A DNA stretch of 64,000 bases from a virus (IMGVR_UViG_3300030330_006022:32001-96000); one strand, 5' to 3'; counted from the first letter of the stretch, positions 45,647 through 57,534 are shown. The notes: generated from the sequence alone by a model not told the origin. Program-made: numbers and translations.

Positions 45647-48600
45647 AGATTTATTCAATAAAAAAATTGTTACACAAAACACGATAACAGAATTAACAAA
45701 TAGTGTAGAATCAATAGAGCTTGTTAAAGAAGTGGAAAAAAGAAACAGGACTTTTTTTCCAAATCTAGATTTTGCCGACCCTGCTTCGTTTGTTCATTTC
45801 GGCTCAGCAAAAGAATACTACACTTCTGCAATAAAAAGAATATATTCATCTTTTCCTTATGATGGATCTGAAACAGAAAAATTAAAGTTTAAAAATAATT
45901 CCACTTATCTTGATCAATGGATGTTAGAAAATAAATACCCTAGATCCACTGGGTATGCTTTGTTTTCTGCTAACGGATGGGGAACTGGTACAACTATTAA
46001 TGATGAAGACGGAGTAGCACAATATGGCCTTCCTGATTCCATAGAATACATTTATTCAGCTGGAGGAACTCATTCTGCTTCTATAGAACAACACACAGAA
46101 TCTGCTAATGTAATTACTGAAGGTTTAGCAAAAGCTTTTGAAAAAGCAGTTATATATGATACCAATAAAAACAGAACAACCAGTTTTAGAATGAAAATGG
46201 ATGATGGTATTAGTATACAGTTTTGGTTAAAAAAGGAAGCCTTTGATATATCTAAAACTAAAAAGGAAGTAATTTTAGATTTATGGAATGGTAACGCTTC
46301 TGATTCTGCTGACTATGGTAGACTTACTTTGGAAATATCTGGAGCTGCTGCTAATGAATCCTCAATTTATTTAACTTTGTATTCTGGTTCATCTGGTATA
46401 ACAAGACAAGCCATATGCACCACAGATTATGATTCTGGTTCTTTGGCAAATGGTGCTTGGACTCATCACTCTGTTACAGCTAGAGCAGCAAGTCAAAAAC
46501 TTTTTGTAAAATATTATAAAGATGGACTAATCAATAGTTCTTCTGTTTTTGCAACTAGTTTGACTTTGGGAGAAATACCTGGTAGAATTAATGGATACAT
46601 TGGTAGTCTACAGACATCTGCTCATGGTGACGCGTATCGTGACTCTGGGAACATGGTAGGTGCTGGTAAACTTTCAGCCTCCATGGATGATTTTAGGTTT
46701 TGGAAAAAAGCACTAACAAGTGAATATATCTATAACACTTGGTATTGGCCCATTGGTGGAGGTGTAAACACAGACGACTATAGAACTGATTTGGGGATCT
46801 ATTATAAATTCAATGAAGGAATAATGAACAACCCTTCATATGACTCAATAGTATTAGATTACTCTGGTAGAATAGCCAATGGTATATGGTATGGCTATGA
46901 TAGCTATTCAAGATCTACAGGATCTGCGTTTACAGAGACAGAACCTGGTGATCCAATTATAAGATCAGGTCATCCTTTGATTTCTAGTTTAATAACAGAA
47001 ATGGAAGCAAGTGGTTCTTTATATGATGAAACAAACACTTCTAACATATACGATTCCATTCCCGCTTGGTTAAGAGAAGAAGATGAAGAAAATAATAATA
47101 TAAAATACTTGTACCAAATACTCTCTTCATATTTAGACACACTATATACTCAAATTTCTGAAATACCAAAGTTAAAAGATAAAGACTATTTTTCAGGATC
47201 TTCTGAGCCGTATTTCTTTATGGAAAGATTATTGAAAGATCAAGGTCTAATAACTCCCAATGCATTTGTAGAAGGAGATGTCCTAGAATATTTTTGGGAT
47301 AGAAATAACACAGGTGACAGATTTGAAAAAAATATAGAAAACACAAAAAGAAAAATCTATAATAACATTTACAACAATTTAGAATACATATACAAAACAA
47401 AAGGAACAGAAAAATCATTTAGAAATCTTTTGCGCTGTTATGGTATTGATGACGAGTTGGTAAAACTAAATGTTTACACTGATAATGGTAAGCATTATAT
47501 AAAAGATAGATATAAAGACACCTCAGTAAAGACAAAGGTGTTAAATTTAAATAAAAAAAGCAGAACAGCAGGTAGAATTATACAAACTTCTTCGAGTGCT
47601 AATACGCTTACTTTTATATCTGGCTCTGGTGAGGAAATAAAACAAGAAAAATTTTCTGCTTTTTCGTTAGAAGGCGGAGTTATATTTCCACAGAAAAAAG
47701 ATTTTGGAGAAACAGGATACTATGAAGTAACCAGTCTATCCTCTTCTTTGTTTGGCTTTCACCAAGCTAATCCAGACGACCCTTCAGATTATACTTGGCA
47801 CAGTAATGATGTAGCAAATTTACAAGTATATGCTGTAAAGCCAAGTATTTTTTCTACTTCAGCTAAATTTGTTGTTACTAATTATGATGCTAGTATTCGT
47901 TTTGAAACTGATTTTTATGAAGATGTCTACGATGCACAGAGATGGAACTTTCAATTATCTATTAAACCAAATGGATACCCAAATGCTGGAGCATATTCAC
48001 AAGATGAAGAGCCGCAATACACTGCTAGGTTATATGGTATAACCCATCAATTTGGGGACGTTAAACATCAATTTGAGATCACTTCTCCTGTTAATTTTAC
48101 AATAGGTTCAGCTATTTTGTCAAATGCTAAAAGGGTTTACCTTGGTTGCCACGCAACAAACTTTACTGGGTCTTCACACATAGAAACAGATGTAGTGTTT
48201 GATTCTCTGAGAGTTTGGATGGATGAGTTAAATAATGAGTCTATAAAAATTCATAACTTGGATGCTTCTAACTATGGTCATGACAAAGTCTACAACAATA
48301 CTACAATATTTAATTATGGAATATCAAGTTCCATTGAGATTCCTGGCTATGATTCTCTAATTTTACACTGGAATTTTGATCAAAACTCTTCAGCAGATTC
48401 TTCAGGAGAGTTTGTAGTTAAGGATTTTTCAAGTGGCTCCGTGGACACGTTTGCGACAGCAAAAATAGTTATACAAGACGCAGGGGGAATATCACATGGT
48501 GACACATTTGGACTTGTTGATAGCGCAGGAACAGTAATTGAATATTTAGTAAATGGTGGCTTAGCTTTTGAATCTGGTGGTGGCAGTGGCGCTGTTGTTC

Positions 48601-51600
48601 CTGTAGGTTTTCTAGGTGTTGGTGGTGGTATTGCTGGTAAAGTAAAAGCAGCTAAAGCAATAGAACATGCAATTAACAATACAACAACTACAAACTATAC
48701 TGCTGTTTCAAATGGTGTAGATACAGTAACAATAACTCAAGGTACAAAAGGGCCCATAGGAAACAGGACGAATCTAGATTCAATTGGCTTTACAACTGTG
48801 TCTAATTTTACTGGTGGTTTTAGTACAGACAAGTATGGGTGGGCATCTAAAATTTTAGAGAGTCAAAATGAAGGTCGCGCTTTAGGTTTTCCTGCTAATG
48901 ACACAAATCCAGTAAAAACTGAAATGATATACTCTAGGAAAAAAGAGCTACCAGAAATTTCTTTTACCAACGACAGAATTACTATTATGGGTAATGAAGA
49001 AGAATATTTCTTAGAGGATGAGGATACAACTGATAACGTATTTGCTTTAGAAAAAAGCATGTATCAATCGATATCAGAAGAGATGTTAAGAACATTTTCT
49101 ACTGTTAAAGAATATTCTAATTTATTTACTAAACCTCTAGACTTTTATAAATTAGAATATAAGAAGTTAAGATTAGCTAGAGGTTTGTTTTTTGATAGAG
49201 TAGAAGAAAACCCTAATTTAGACAAATACACAGACTACTTTAAATGGATAGACTCTTCCTTATCATTTTTTATAGAACAATTAAAACCAGCATCTGTGAC
49301 GTTTTTAAATAGTGTTGCCAATGTTGTAGAAAGTCATATATTTGAGAGACCAAAATACGACAGAAAGTTTCCGCTTTTGGACACTAAAACAGCAACCCAA
49401 GGTGTAGTAAAGTCTGTTGGGGAGTTGACCTACAATTGGAAGTTTGGTCACTCACCTGAATACAAAACAGGAGCAACTCCAAACACTCATTGTCTTTGGA
49501 AAAGAGAACGGGAAGAAAGAACAGGTGATTTAGCTTCTGTTAGAAATACTATTAGAGATGTGTTAACAACTGAAAATAAAACTTATATTGCTTTTCTGGG
49601 GGATAATGATAAAAATGCTTATCTAAAACCAAACTATGTAACTAGAAGGTTTTCAAAACCCTACAAACTAGACGTTGATTTAGGTGTAAACTTACATGGT
49701 GGTACAAACTATAACCAACAAAAAAATAGAAATTTCATTTACAATGTTACTAGACCACATGGAGCTAAAACAAATTTAGGAATACCAGTTAACGTAGCTG
49801 TTGTTGGTGTTGGACCAGGACATGACATAGTTAATTCTAACTTGTGTGATGATATTGAAGATCCATCAGAAGTTAAAGATTATAACTTTGTTATAACAGT
49901 TGGAAAAGACTCCTCTGGTGACGGACAGGCACCAGCTACTGCATCTTTAGAATATGCTTATAAAGTTAAAGGACACTATGCAGCTCCGTTCAATTTGATA
50001 TCAGGATCTGAGACAGCTGGTGCCAATAAATTGGTTAATGACAGCTATTCAGCTTCAGTTATATTAACAAACCTACATTCTGATACGACATATTTTGAAA
50101 ACGATATCCCAATGCAAGGTCCTTTTACACAAACTTGGGTTGGAGGACATCAGTCTAGACATGTTGACATAAACCAATACGACCCAGCATTAAGAACTTC
50201 AGGTGGAGCTGACCCTACATTAAACAATCTAGATGATCAATATTCAAGACCAGAAGCATTTAGATTACTATTTGGTGACCACCCTGATGAAGCTGTAAAT
50301 GATGGAGCTATAGGTATCGTAGGACCAGATTATGGCGGTCCTTACCCAGATACAACCAGACAATGGGCAATTTATTATCGCGACTTTAGAGGTAAAAGAC
50401 CATATAACATTCAAAATGTTAGTGGCTCTAGAACTATGTTGGGTAATTATAACAAAAGATATGAATATTTTAACTCTGTTGGAAGATTAGAAAACAATAA
50501 CAGATTGAAGAAAGCAGCTTCTGACACTGAATATAATTTAAGTGGTACATTTTTACCACCAGAAATACAAACAGCTTTGCCTCAGACTACTCATCCATTG
50601 ACTATGTTTGGTATATCACCTTCATCAAATGGAAATGTTTTTGGTAATGTGATATCAGAATCTGCTTCTCCAGATGGAGAAAATAATAGAATAAACGCAA
50701 TCAATCAAATAATAAGACCAATTGTTTTAGCATCTGGTTCAATGCTTGTTACCGGTTCTACACTTTACAAAGCACCATATTCTGCTTCACTAAATATACA
50801 ACCAATACCTTATCAAGGATTACATCAAGCTTATCACTTTCAAGTCTCTGGAGCAACTGACTATTACGAAATATATTCAGGTTCTTTTGACGTACAAACA
50901 GTGCCTCATGCTGGTATCCATCAAACTTACTATTTTAAAGTAACGGGATCAACCCACAATGAAATAATTGATAACATTTATACAGGTTCTTTTGATATTG
51001 ATGCGGCCCCAAGAGCCCCAATTCATGATTTTTTGTATTTTAGAATCTCAGGATCTACTGATGCAACTGATAGTAGTTTATTAAAAATTACAGCAAGTTC
51101 AACTCAAAAACATTTTGAAATAGATAATAACGGCTTCACAGGTACCACTGATGCCATAAGAGTTCCAACAAAGACAGTTTCTTCAACAAATGTAGCAAGT
51201 ATTAGAAGCGCTACAGATGCTGACAATAAGCTTTTTGTGGACACTACATATAGCGGAATAGGTACTAGTGATGTTTCTGTATCTTTCTGGTTTAATCCTT
51301 ATGACATTAATGGATCTCTTGGAACTGACGACGATGCACAAGAAACTTATATAAGATTTGCTGATAATTTTCAAGATGCTTTAATTATACACTGGAATAA
51401 ATACAGGTTTACAGTTGAGGTTGAAAACACATCAGGCACAGATAGATTCAAAAAATTTACTACGAATTATAACAACAGCACCGGTTGGAAACACGCAACA
51501 GTTACAGTAGGTATGAATAATTTAAGTACAGTAAGCCCAAAATTATACATTAACGGAGTAGAACACACAGGCGTGTTTGGTTCATTCAACGCACCAGGAG

Positions 51601-54600
51601 GAAGTTCAAGAACTATTGACATGTTGATTGTAGGATTTAAAAATGGAAACTCTTCTAATGGACCCGCAATGCATGATCTTGTTATTTGGGATAAAGTGCT
51701 GAATGCAGACGAAGCTTGGGAAGCATATAAAAATGGTTTAAAAAATCAAGATTTCTCAACCCACAGTGCAAATTCTAATATAGTTAATCATTATTTATTT
51801 GGTGAAGAAGCAACTCTATCTCATCTTTCTTCTGGTGACACCGTTGATTCTCCTAGAAATTTGTCTTCAAATTATGGTAGTGAACCTGGGAATGTTCTTA
51901 TAGACAGCACCAGTAATAGCATGAAAATACTAGATCACTCAATGAATCAATATAACGCTAACTTAACAAACACTCAATTTTGGGATAGTTTAAAAACTTC
52001 ACTAAACACAGAGTTTTCAGGATATACAGCAAATTATATTTCAGGAGGAATGGCACAATTCTTTTTAAGAAAAGATGCCCCAGGGCAGAACAGTATAAAT
52101 GTTGTCACAATCGGTAATGCTTTTTCATCTCCTGCTGGTCGACCTGGAAATGCTGCTATAGCTAGTGATTTAGAAGATGGAGATACTATCTCTATTTCTG
52201 GTAGTACTTTTACTGTGAGACACACAACATCAGGTTCAGCACCAACAGACTTTGTTGTTGGTGAATTGTATAGAAATGCTATACTGTTTCCAGAGTCAAC
52301 AGAAAATCGCATTCATTTAAAACATGAAGACTACACCAACCCTTCATCAGACAATATATCTTTTTCATTTTGGATTAGATCAAATAATGCAACTGGTGGA
52401 GGAAACAAATTTATATTTTTGTCAGAAGATGCCTCTTCAGACAATGCTATTTGGATATATATTTATGAAGACGAATTACGAGTCTACACTTTAAATGGTA
52501 GTGGTACTAAAAACCATAAGTACAATGGAGCTATAGTAGAAGGAATATGGGATCACTTTACCATTTTTATTAACACAACAGATATGACGGATGTTAATGT
52601 ATATAAAAATGGAACATTATTGTCTACTACTGGTGAATCAGGATCAGGTACAGGAGCAACAAGAGATGTAAGGAAGATCTACATAGGAGATGCTGATGGT
52701 AACTCAAGTAATAGTGAACTTCAAGGCTCTCTGCAAGACTTTGTAATCTGGAACACTGGTTTAAATTTGTATGATGCCAAAACTCTTTACAATTCTGGGT
52801 CTTGGTTTGATCCTAGTTCACATATTTCTGCTTCTTATATACATGATTGGTGGCCTCTTGGTAACGGACCAGGAATGCCTTCATCAGGATCTAACATAAA
52901 CTCTGTTACTACTTTTGAACCCGAGGTTGGCTCTCACCCACTTGTAAAAGGAACAGACTGTGACGATGAAGTTTTTATAACAGATGGGATAATTGAAAGA
53001 GCAAAAGACGATCCAGTTTTTTATACTCACGTTGCTCACCATATTGATGCTAACACAAACTATTCTGCTTCAAGTGTTGACAATGGGTCTACTGGTAGAA
53101 TTAATATGCACCAAACCTCCTCTGTTGTTATTACAGACACACTAGCAAATTCAAACGATACATTTTCCAATGAAGCAGCTTTTGGTGTTGATGTTCGTAT
53201 AAATTATATATCTGGTGCCGTTCATGGACAGCAAGTTCAAATTGAAGATGAAGTTTTCTTTATCTCAACAGCTAGTTCTCCAACAACTTGGGCATCTAGT
53301 TCTGGTGGAATCCAAGTAAACTCCACAGGATCAGAATTTTGGAATCATTTATCTGGTGCTATCCAACAATACCTTCCCGAATATACTGCTTCTTATTACA
53401 TATATGACAATCAAGCACGTTTCTTTGTTAGAAATGGAGAATCTGGATCACAAGCAAATGATACTTTATCTATTGGTGGCGGAAGCTGGTCAGACCATGG
53501 TACAGTTATTGGTTCTGATATGTCCGCTAGTTCTAATCTCACGGACGGAGACACTTTAAGTCTTGATGGAGACACTTTTACTTTACGATATACAAATTCT
53601 GGCTCAGCCGCAGGAGACTTTGTCGTTGGATCAAGTTATAGAAAAGCTTTAAATTGGAAAGCAGCCACAGGCGCTTCAGCAAAAAAGATGAGTCTAAAAA
53701 ATGTAAGTTTTGATGGAGCTAGTTTAGAAGATGTAATATCATTTTCTTTTTGGGTTAAGTTTGATCAGGATGACACTCCTGGTGACGTACAATACATACT
53801 TAATGGGTATGACTCTGCGGGCAATTTAGCAATTGGTATTTACAGATCTGGTAAAGATATACTTATAGAACTTTATAATACTAGCAGTGCAGTGCGAAAC
53901 TATTTTACGACTAGTGATGCCTTACTATCTGGTAAATGGTACTCAGTAAGCATAAAAGTTGACACCTCTGATATTGACACTACATGTGTTGTTTATATAA
54001 ATGGCCAATTGCAGTCAATCACTGGGGCAGGTTCAGCACCTGGTGCAGCTCGAACCTTGGGAAGAATTTATATTGGAGATTCTGCTGGTGATTTTCACTC
54101 AAACGAACTACAAGGCTCTTTACAAGACTTTGTAATTTGGAATACAGGATTGGGATCACAAGATGCTGAAATTCTTTACAATTCAGGTTCTTGGTTAGAC
54201 ATACACTCTCACCCTTCTGCATCTTATATATGGGATTGGTGGAGACTAGGAAATGAAGATCCTAGTAAGCCTTCGGGTTCTGCTTGGACTTCGGTGCCTA
54301 TAGTGCCGACAATTGGAAGACACGATTTGCAGTTTGACGACGATGCTGCTTCAAAGATTTTTGTAACAGACGGAATCATTGAGAACAAAAAAACCAACTC
54401 TGAATTAAAAACTCATATAGCTAGTACAATAGCAGCACAAACAGTGTTCTCAGCTTCCGTTAGTTCTATACTTTTAGAGGTAACTGCGGCGACAGATATA
54501 CATTCAACAGGTTCTTTCTCAAAGGATGGAACAACGTTTGGATCATTATCAGGAATTGAGTTTGTAAAATACGGAAATTATTACTCTGGTTCGGTTCCTA

Positions 54601-57533
54601 ATAATACACTTGTTTTTGAAGGAAAGACTTTTCACGTATCAGCTTCAACAACACCAACAGATCCTTATACAATTGTTGGAAACAATGTTTACGTTTATTC
54701 TCATCAAGATCTTGACACAACTTGGTGGGGTAATTTATCAGGGGCAATAGAAGCCGCTCTTCCTGCTTTTACAGCCTCCTATTTTCAAAGTGGTACTATG
54801 GGTCACTTTTTTGTTAGAAACGCCACCACAGGCTCTACAGGCAACACAACCATAACAGAATCAGGCGACACCTTTATGAATGAATATGTTGTAGTAGGAA
54901 CTGATACTTCTGGTAGTTCAACATTAGCAGATCAAGATACTTTAAGAATAATGGATAATAACCCTCGGGCAGATTTATCCGTACCACATACCATAACAGT
55001 TGGTCACACAACTTCAGGTAGTGTCGGAACAAACACAGGTGCAAATTATAGAAAATCTTTATGCTGGCCACCAGCAGCGGGATCTAGTAAACAAGTTCAT
55101 ATTAAAAATACGCAATATGAAAATCCAACATCTAATAATATAGCTATATCTTTTTGGTTAAAAAGAGATCATACCTTTTTCCAACACGCTGATTCTAGAG
55201 TAATATTTGAATTTCATAGCGATACAGCAGCAGATTTTGTGCTTAGAGGGTACACGCTTCCTGAAAGCTTAGTAGTTCTTGCAGCAGGAAAAACCGGAGC
55301 TGGAATTGGGGATGCGTACCGATTTACCTTAACGGAAACAGCAGGCATTTGGAATCATTATGTATTAAATATAGATACAACCGATGTTGAAACAGATTCA
55401 GTAACTTTACACATGAACGGGCAAATCCAAAGCCCGGAGTATACAAATTATTCAACCTCTGGAGAATTATATGATCTTGATGAGATATATATTGGTGATG
55501 CTAAACAAGATAATGACTCAAGTGAGTTGCAAGGAACATTACAAGATTTTGTCGTTTGGAATACACCTCTAACAGCTCAAGATGCAATAACGCTTTATAA
55601 CTCGGGATCGTGGTTAGATATTCACTCTCATGTCTCAGCTTCTCACATATGGGATTGGTGGATGCTTGGAGAAGAAACATCAAAAAACCCTGATGATGCT
55701 TTAGCAGGCTCTGATTTTCCAATATTGCCAACAATTGGAAGACACAGTTTGTTTGCTGGTGATGATGCTATAGGTATAATAAATGTTTCAGGAGGTATAA
55801 AACACAACAGTAAAACAAATTCAGATTTTTGGAACTCTATATCAGCATCAATAGAAGCAAACACAGAGTTTAAAACTCATGTAAGTTCTTCAAGTTCTAG
55901 TCTCTACACTATGACAGCATCAACTCAAATAACTGGTGCGATGATGAGATTGGGAGAAAAGGACAGCTTACCAACCGTTGAAGCTTCTTTTACAAAAACC
56001 GGAAATACTTTCTCAATTTCTCAACAAGTTATTAGAGGAGCTGATACACTAAACCAACAAAGATATGCAAACGCAGGAGCTAATGCTGGAGATAGATTCA
56101 CAATAAGTCCAAATTATGAAGAATCTGTTACCACTCAATTTATACTAGACATAAGCGGTGGACAAGCTGACACATCTTCTCCATTTTACACCAAAGTTGG
56201 AAATGATTATCATATATTCTCCTCAGCTTCAACAAATGATGAATTTTGGTTAAGAGTTTCTGGAGCAGTTTATGCTGCTTACCCTGCTTATAGTACAATA
56301 AGCTCTTCTACTTTGAATGTCACAGAATCACTTACAGGCCCAACAAGATTTAGTTTTACTGGTTCTCAGCCTCCAGATGTATGTTCTATACTTGATCTAG
56401 ACCACATTAACAATAGAAATTTATCAACGACTGGTTCATCTTTTAATACCCCTGGTGGGATTTTAGGGGGTTTTGATCAGGTTGTTGAATGTGCCTTAAT
56501 TAATGTCATTGAGAAAGAATCTGATTTCCTAACAGGGTCAACAAGAAACAAAACAGTTATAACATCACGCTTTTCTGCACCTGGTGGAGTTGAAGTACAG
56601 ACATACGGTTATCTTGACGCTTATGCTAGAGAATATTCAGTTCACAATTCATTGAACTATAGAAACTTGTCTGTTAGAGGTTCAGGAAGTGGTGAAAGCG
56701 GCTCTGTTGACGGAATGAGTATAAGAATGAACAACCAGATTGGTACTAGAGATGGACTAAGAACACTCTATCAACGTCCCATGGGACTTGCAGGAACTGA
56801 TTTAGTTTACGGTTCAGCTAATTCTTCAGATTATGAATACTCTGCTTCTTTTCATAAAGTTCCTAGAAACACACTAGTAACTATACGCCCTAGTTCTTCT
56901 GTCAATGAAATAAGGGCAACCGCTTCAATAACACCTTTAGATGGAGGACATACTACTTCCACCAGTGGCTTGACTTTTATTATCGATGATGGTGTTAATT
57001 TACCAATCACTTATACCTTTGGCGCATCTACAGCAAGAGTAAGTGAAACAGAAACATCCATTTTTTACACTATTAATAGTAGTTCTATGACTAGCGTTGC
57101 TACAGCAATAGATAAAATTGTACCTGCTATCAATCTAGCATTTAATAATAAAGATAGTATAATTCAAGCAACAGATGAAACCACAATTGTTGGTTTAACT
57201 TCTTCTGTGCCTGGAAGTTTTATTAACGGTAAAACAATCACCGGAACATATATTGCTGATGGCATTGGATCTATGGTTGGATTTACTGGTGGAGAAATTT
57301 CTGTTGTACCTAATATTGTTGAAAGAAGCAATAATTATAACTTTAACTCTGTTTTGCCTTCATCTGATTACAATTATAGTTGGGTAACTTCTTCACTTGG
57401 AGATAATTATAGTGTAAGAAGTGGAACACAAAAAGTGTTTGGTTATTGGCCCAAAAATGGTATACATTCTTCGTCTACTGGATTTGATTCGGCAATAACC
57501 TTCCCAACAGCCTCAGAAATAAGTGGAGTTTAG
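45636..57533 (+). CDS. Giant baseplate/tail-fibre protein (3965 aa) with gp7/P2-gpI-like motif and multiple LamG domains
   Basis: IYKTKGTEKSFRNLLRCYG; repeated LamG signatures SFW..W.H..YxNG..IG..G.LQDFVIWN. Confidence 0.8.
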   Translation: MSIKDLFNKKIVTQNTITELTNSVESIELVKEVEKRNRTFFPNLDFADPASFVHFGSAKEYYTSAIKRIYSSFPYDGSETEKLKFKNNSTYLDQWMLENKYPRSTGYALFSANGWGTGTTINDEDGVAQYGLPDSIEYIYSAGGTHSASIEQHTESANVITEGLAKAFEKAVIYDTNKNRTTSFRMKMDDGISIQFWLKKEAFDISKTKKEVILDLWNGNASDSADYGRLTLEISGAAANESSIYLTLYSGSSGITRQAICTTDYDSGSLANGAWTHHSVTARAASQKLFVKYYKDGLINSSSVFATSLTLGEIPGRINGYIGSLQTSAHGDAYRDSGNMVGAGKLSASMDDFRFWKKALTSEYIYNTWYWPIGGGVNTDDYRTDLGIYYKFNEGIMNNPSYDSIVLDYSGRIANGIWYGYDSYSRSTGSAFTETEPGDPIIRSGHPLISSLITEMEASGSLYDETNTSNIYDSIPAWLREEDEENNNIKYLYQILSSYLDTLYTQISEIPKLKDKDYFSGSSEPYFFMERLLKDQGLITPNAFVEGDVLEYFWDRNNTGDRFEKNIENTKRKIYNNIYNNLEYIYKTKGTEKSFRNLLRCYGIDDELVKLNVYTDNGKHYIKDRYKDTSVKTKVLNLNKKSRTAGRIIQTSSSANTLTFISGSGEEIKQEKFSAFSLEGGVIFPQKKDFGETGYYEVTSLSSSLFGFHQANPDDPSDYTWHSNDVANLQVYAVKPSIFSTSAKFVVTNYDASIRFETDFYEDVYDAQRWNFQLSIKPNGYPNAGAYSQDEEPQYTARLYGITHQFGDVKHQFEITSPVNFTIGSAILSNAKRVYLGCHATNFTGSSHIETDVVFDSLRVWMDELNNESIKIHNLDASNYGHDKVYNNTTIFNYGISSSIEIPGYDSLILHWNFDQNSSADSSGEFVVKDFSSGSVDTFATAKIVIQDAGGISHGDTFGLVDSAGTVIEYLVNGGLAFESGGGSGAVVPVGFLGVGGGIAGKVKAAKAIEHAINNTTTTNYTAVSNGVDTVTITQGTKGPIGNRTNLDSIGFTTVSNFTGGFSTDKYGWASKILESQNEGRALGFPANDTNPVKTEMIYSRKKELPEISFTNDRITIMGNEEEYFLEDEDTTDNVFALEKSMYQSISEEMLRTFSTVKEYSNLFTKPLDFYKLEYKKLRLARGLFFDRVEENPNLDKYTDYFKWIDSSLSFFIEQLKPASVTFLNSVANVVESHIFERPKYDRKFPLLDTKTATQGVVKSVGELTYNWKFGHSPEYKTGATPNTHCLWKREREERTGDLASVRNTIRDVLTTENKTYIAFLGDNDKNAYLKPNYVTRRFSKPYKLDVDLGVNLHGGTNYNQQKNRNFIYNVTRPHGAKTNLGIPVNVAVVGVGPGHDIVNSNLCDDIEDPSEVKDYNFVITVGKDSSGDGQAPATASLEYAYKVKGHYAAPFNLISGSETAGANKLVNDSYSASVILTNLHSDTTYFENDIPMQGPFTQTWVGGHQSRHVDINQYDPALRTSGGADPTLNNLDDQYSRPEAFRLLFGDHPDEAVNDGAIGIVGPDYGGPYPDTTRQWAIYYRDFRGKRPYNIQNVSGSRTMLGNYNKRYEYFNSVGRLENNNRLKKAASDTEYNLSGTFLPPEIQTALPQTTHPLTMFGISPSSNGNVFGNVISESASPDGENNRINAINQIIRPIVLASGSMLVTGSTLYKAPYSASLNIQPIPYQGLHQAYHFQVSGATDYYEIYSGSFDVQTVPHAGIHQTYYFKVTGSTHNEIIDNIYTGSFDIDAAPRAPIHDFLYFRISGSTDATDSSLLKITASSTQKHFEIDNNGFTGTTDAIRVPTKTVSSTNVASIRSATDADNKLFVDTTYSGIGTSDVSVSFWFNPYDINGSLGTDDDAQETYIRFADNFQDALIIHWNKYRFTVEVENTSGTDRFKKFTTNYNNSTGWKHATVTVGMNNLSTVSPKLYINGVEHTGVFGSFNAPGGSSRTIDMLIVGFKNGNSSNGPAMHDLVIWDKVLNADEAWEAYKNGLKNQDFSTHSANSNIVNHYLFGEEATLSHLSSGDTVDSPRNLSSNYGSEPGNVLIDSTSNSMKILDHSMNQYNANLTNTQFWDSLKTSLNTEFSGYTANYISGGMAQFFLRKDAPGQNSINVVTIGNAFSSPAGRPGNAAIASDLEDGDTISISGSTFTVRHTTSGSAPTDFVVGELYRNAILFPESTENRIHLKHEDYTNPSSDNISFSFWIRSNNATGGGNKFIFLSEDASSDNAIWIYIYEDELRVYTLNGSGTKNHKYNGAIVEGIWDHFTIFINTTDMTDVNVYKNGTLLSTTGESGSGTGATRDVRKIYIGDADGNSSNSELQGSLQDFVIWNTGLNLYDAKTLYNSGSWFDPSSHISASYIHDWWPLGNGPGMPSSGSNINSVTTFEPEVGSHPLVKGTDCDDEVFITDGIIERAKDDPVFYTHVAHHIDANTNYSASSVDNGSTGRINMHQTSSVVITDTLANSNDTFSNEAAFGVDVRINYISGAVHGQQVQIEDEVFFISTASSPTTWASSSGGIQVNSTGSEFWNHLSGAIQQYLPEYTASYYIYDNQARFFVRNGESGSQANDTLSIGGGSWSDHGTVIGSDMSASSNLTDGDTLSLDGDTFTLRYTNSGSAAGDFVVGSSYRKALNWKAATGASAKKMSLKNVSFDGASLEDVISFSFWVKFDQDDTPGDVQYILNGYDSAGNLAIGIYRSGKDILIELYNTSSAVRNYFTTSDALLSGKWYSVSIKVDTSDIDTTCVVYINGQLQSITGAGSAPGAARTLGRIYIGDSAGDFHSNELQGSLQDFVIWNTGLGSQDAEILYNSGSWLDIHSHPSASYIWDWWRLGNEDPSKPSGSAWTSVPIVPTIGRHDLQFDDDAASKIFVTDGIIENKKTNSELKTHIASTIAAQTVFSASVSSILLEVTAATDIHSTGSFSKDGTTFGSLSGIEFVKYGNYYSGSVPNNTLVFEGKTFHVSASTTPTDPYTIVGNNVYVYSHQDLDTTWWGNLSGAIEAALPAFTASYFQSGTMGHFFVRNATTGSTGNTTITESGDTFMNEYVVVGTDTSGSSTLADQDTLRIMDNNPRADLSVPHTITVGHTTSGSVGTNTGANYRKSLCWPPAAGSSKQVHIKNTQYENPTSNNIAISFWLKRDHTFFQHADSRVIFEFHSDTAADFVLRGYTLPESLVVLAAGKTGAGIGDAYRFTLTETAGIWNHYVLNIDTTDVETDSVTLHMNGQIQSPEYTNYSTSGELYDLDEIYIGDAKQDNDSSELQGTLQDFVVWNTPLTAQDAITLYNSGSWLDIHSHVSASHIWDWWMLGEETSKNPDDALAGSDFPILPTIGRHSLFAGDDAIGIINVSGGIKHNSKTNSDFWNSISASIEANTEFKTHVSSSSSSLYTMTASTQITGAMMRLGEKDSLPTVEASFTKTGNTFSISQQVIRGADTLNQQRYANAGANAGDRFTISPNYEESVTTQFILDISGGQADTSSPFYTKVGNDYHIFSSASTNDEFWLRVSGAVYAAYPAYSTISSSTLNVTESLTGPTRFSFTGSQPPDVCSILDLDHINNRNLSTTGSSFNTPGGILGGFDQVVECALINVIEKESDFLTGSTRNKTVITSRFSAPGGVEVQTYGYLDAYAREYSVHNSLNYRNLSVRGSGSGESGSVDGMSIRMNNQIGTRDGLRTLYQRPMGLAGTDLVYGSANSSDYEYSASFHKVPRNTLVTIRPSSSVNEIRATASITPLDGGHTTSTSGLTFIIDDGVNLPITYTFGASTARVSETETSIFYTINSSSMTSVATAIDKIVPAINLAFNNKDSIIQATDETTIVGLTSSVPGSFINGKTITGTYIADGIGSMVGFTGGEISVVPNIVERSNNYNFNSVLPSSDYNYSWVTSSLGDNYSVRSGTQKVFGYWPKNGIHSSSTGFDSAITFPTASEISGV
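52161..56040 (+). repeat. Three ~1.4-kb internal repeats, each carrying a LamG domain
   Basis: ELQG(S/T)LQDFV(I/V)WNT..LYNSGSW..DWW at about 52720, 54105 and 55525, with DNA-level similarity. Confidence 0.85.
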
Positions 57534-57534
57534 A

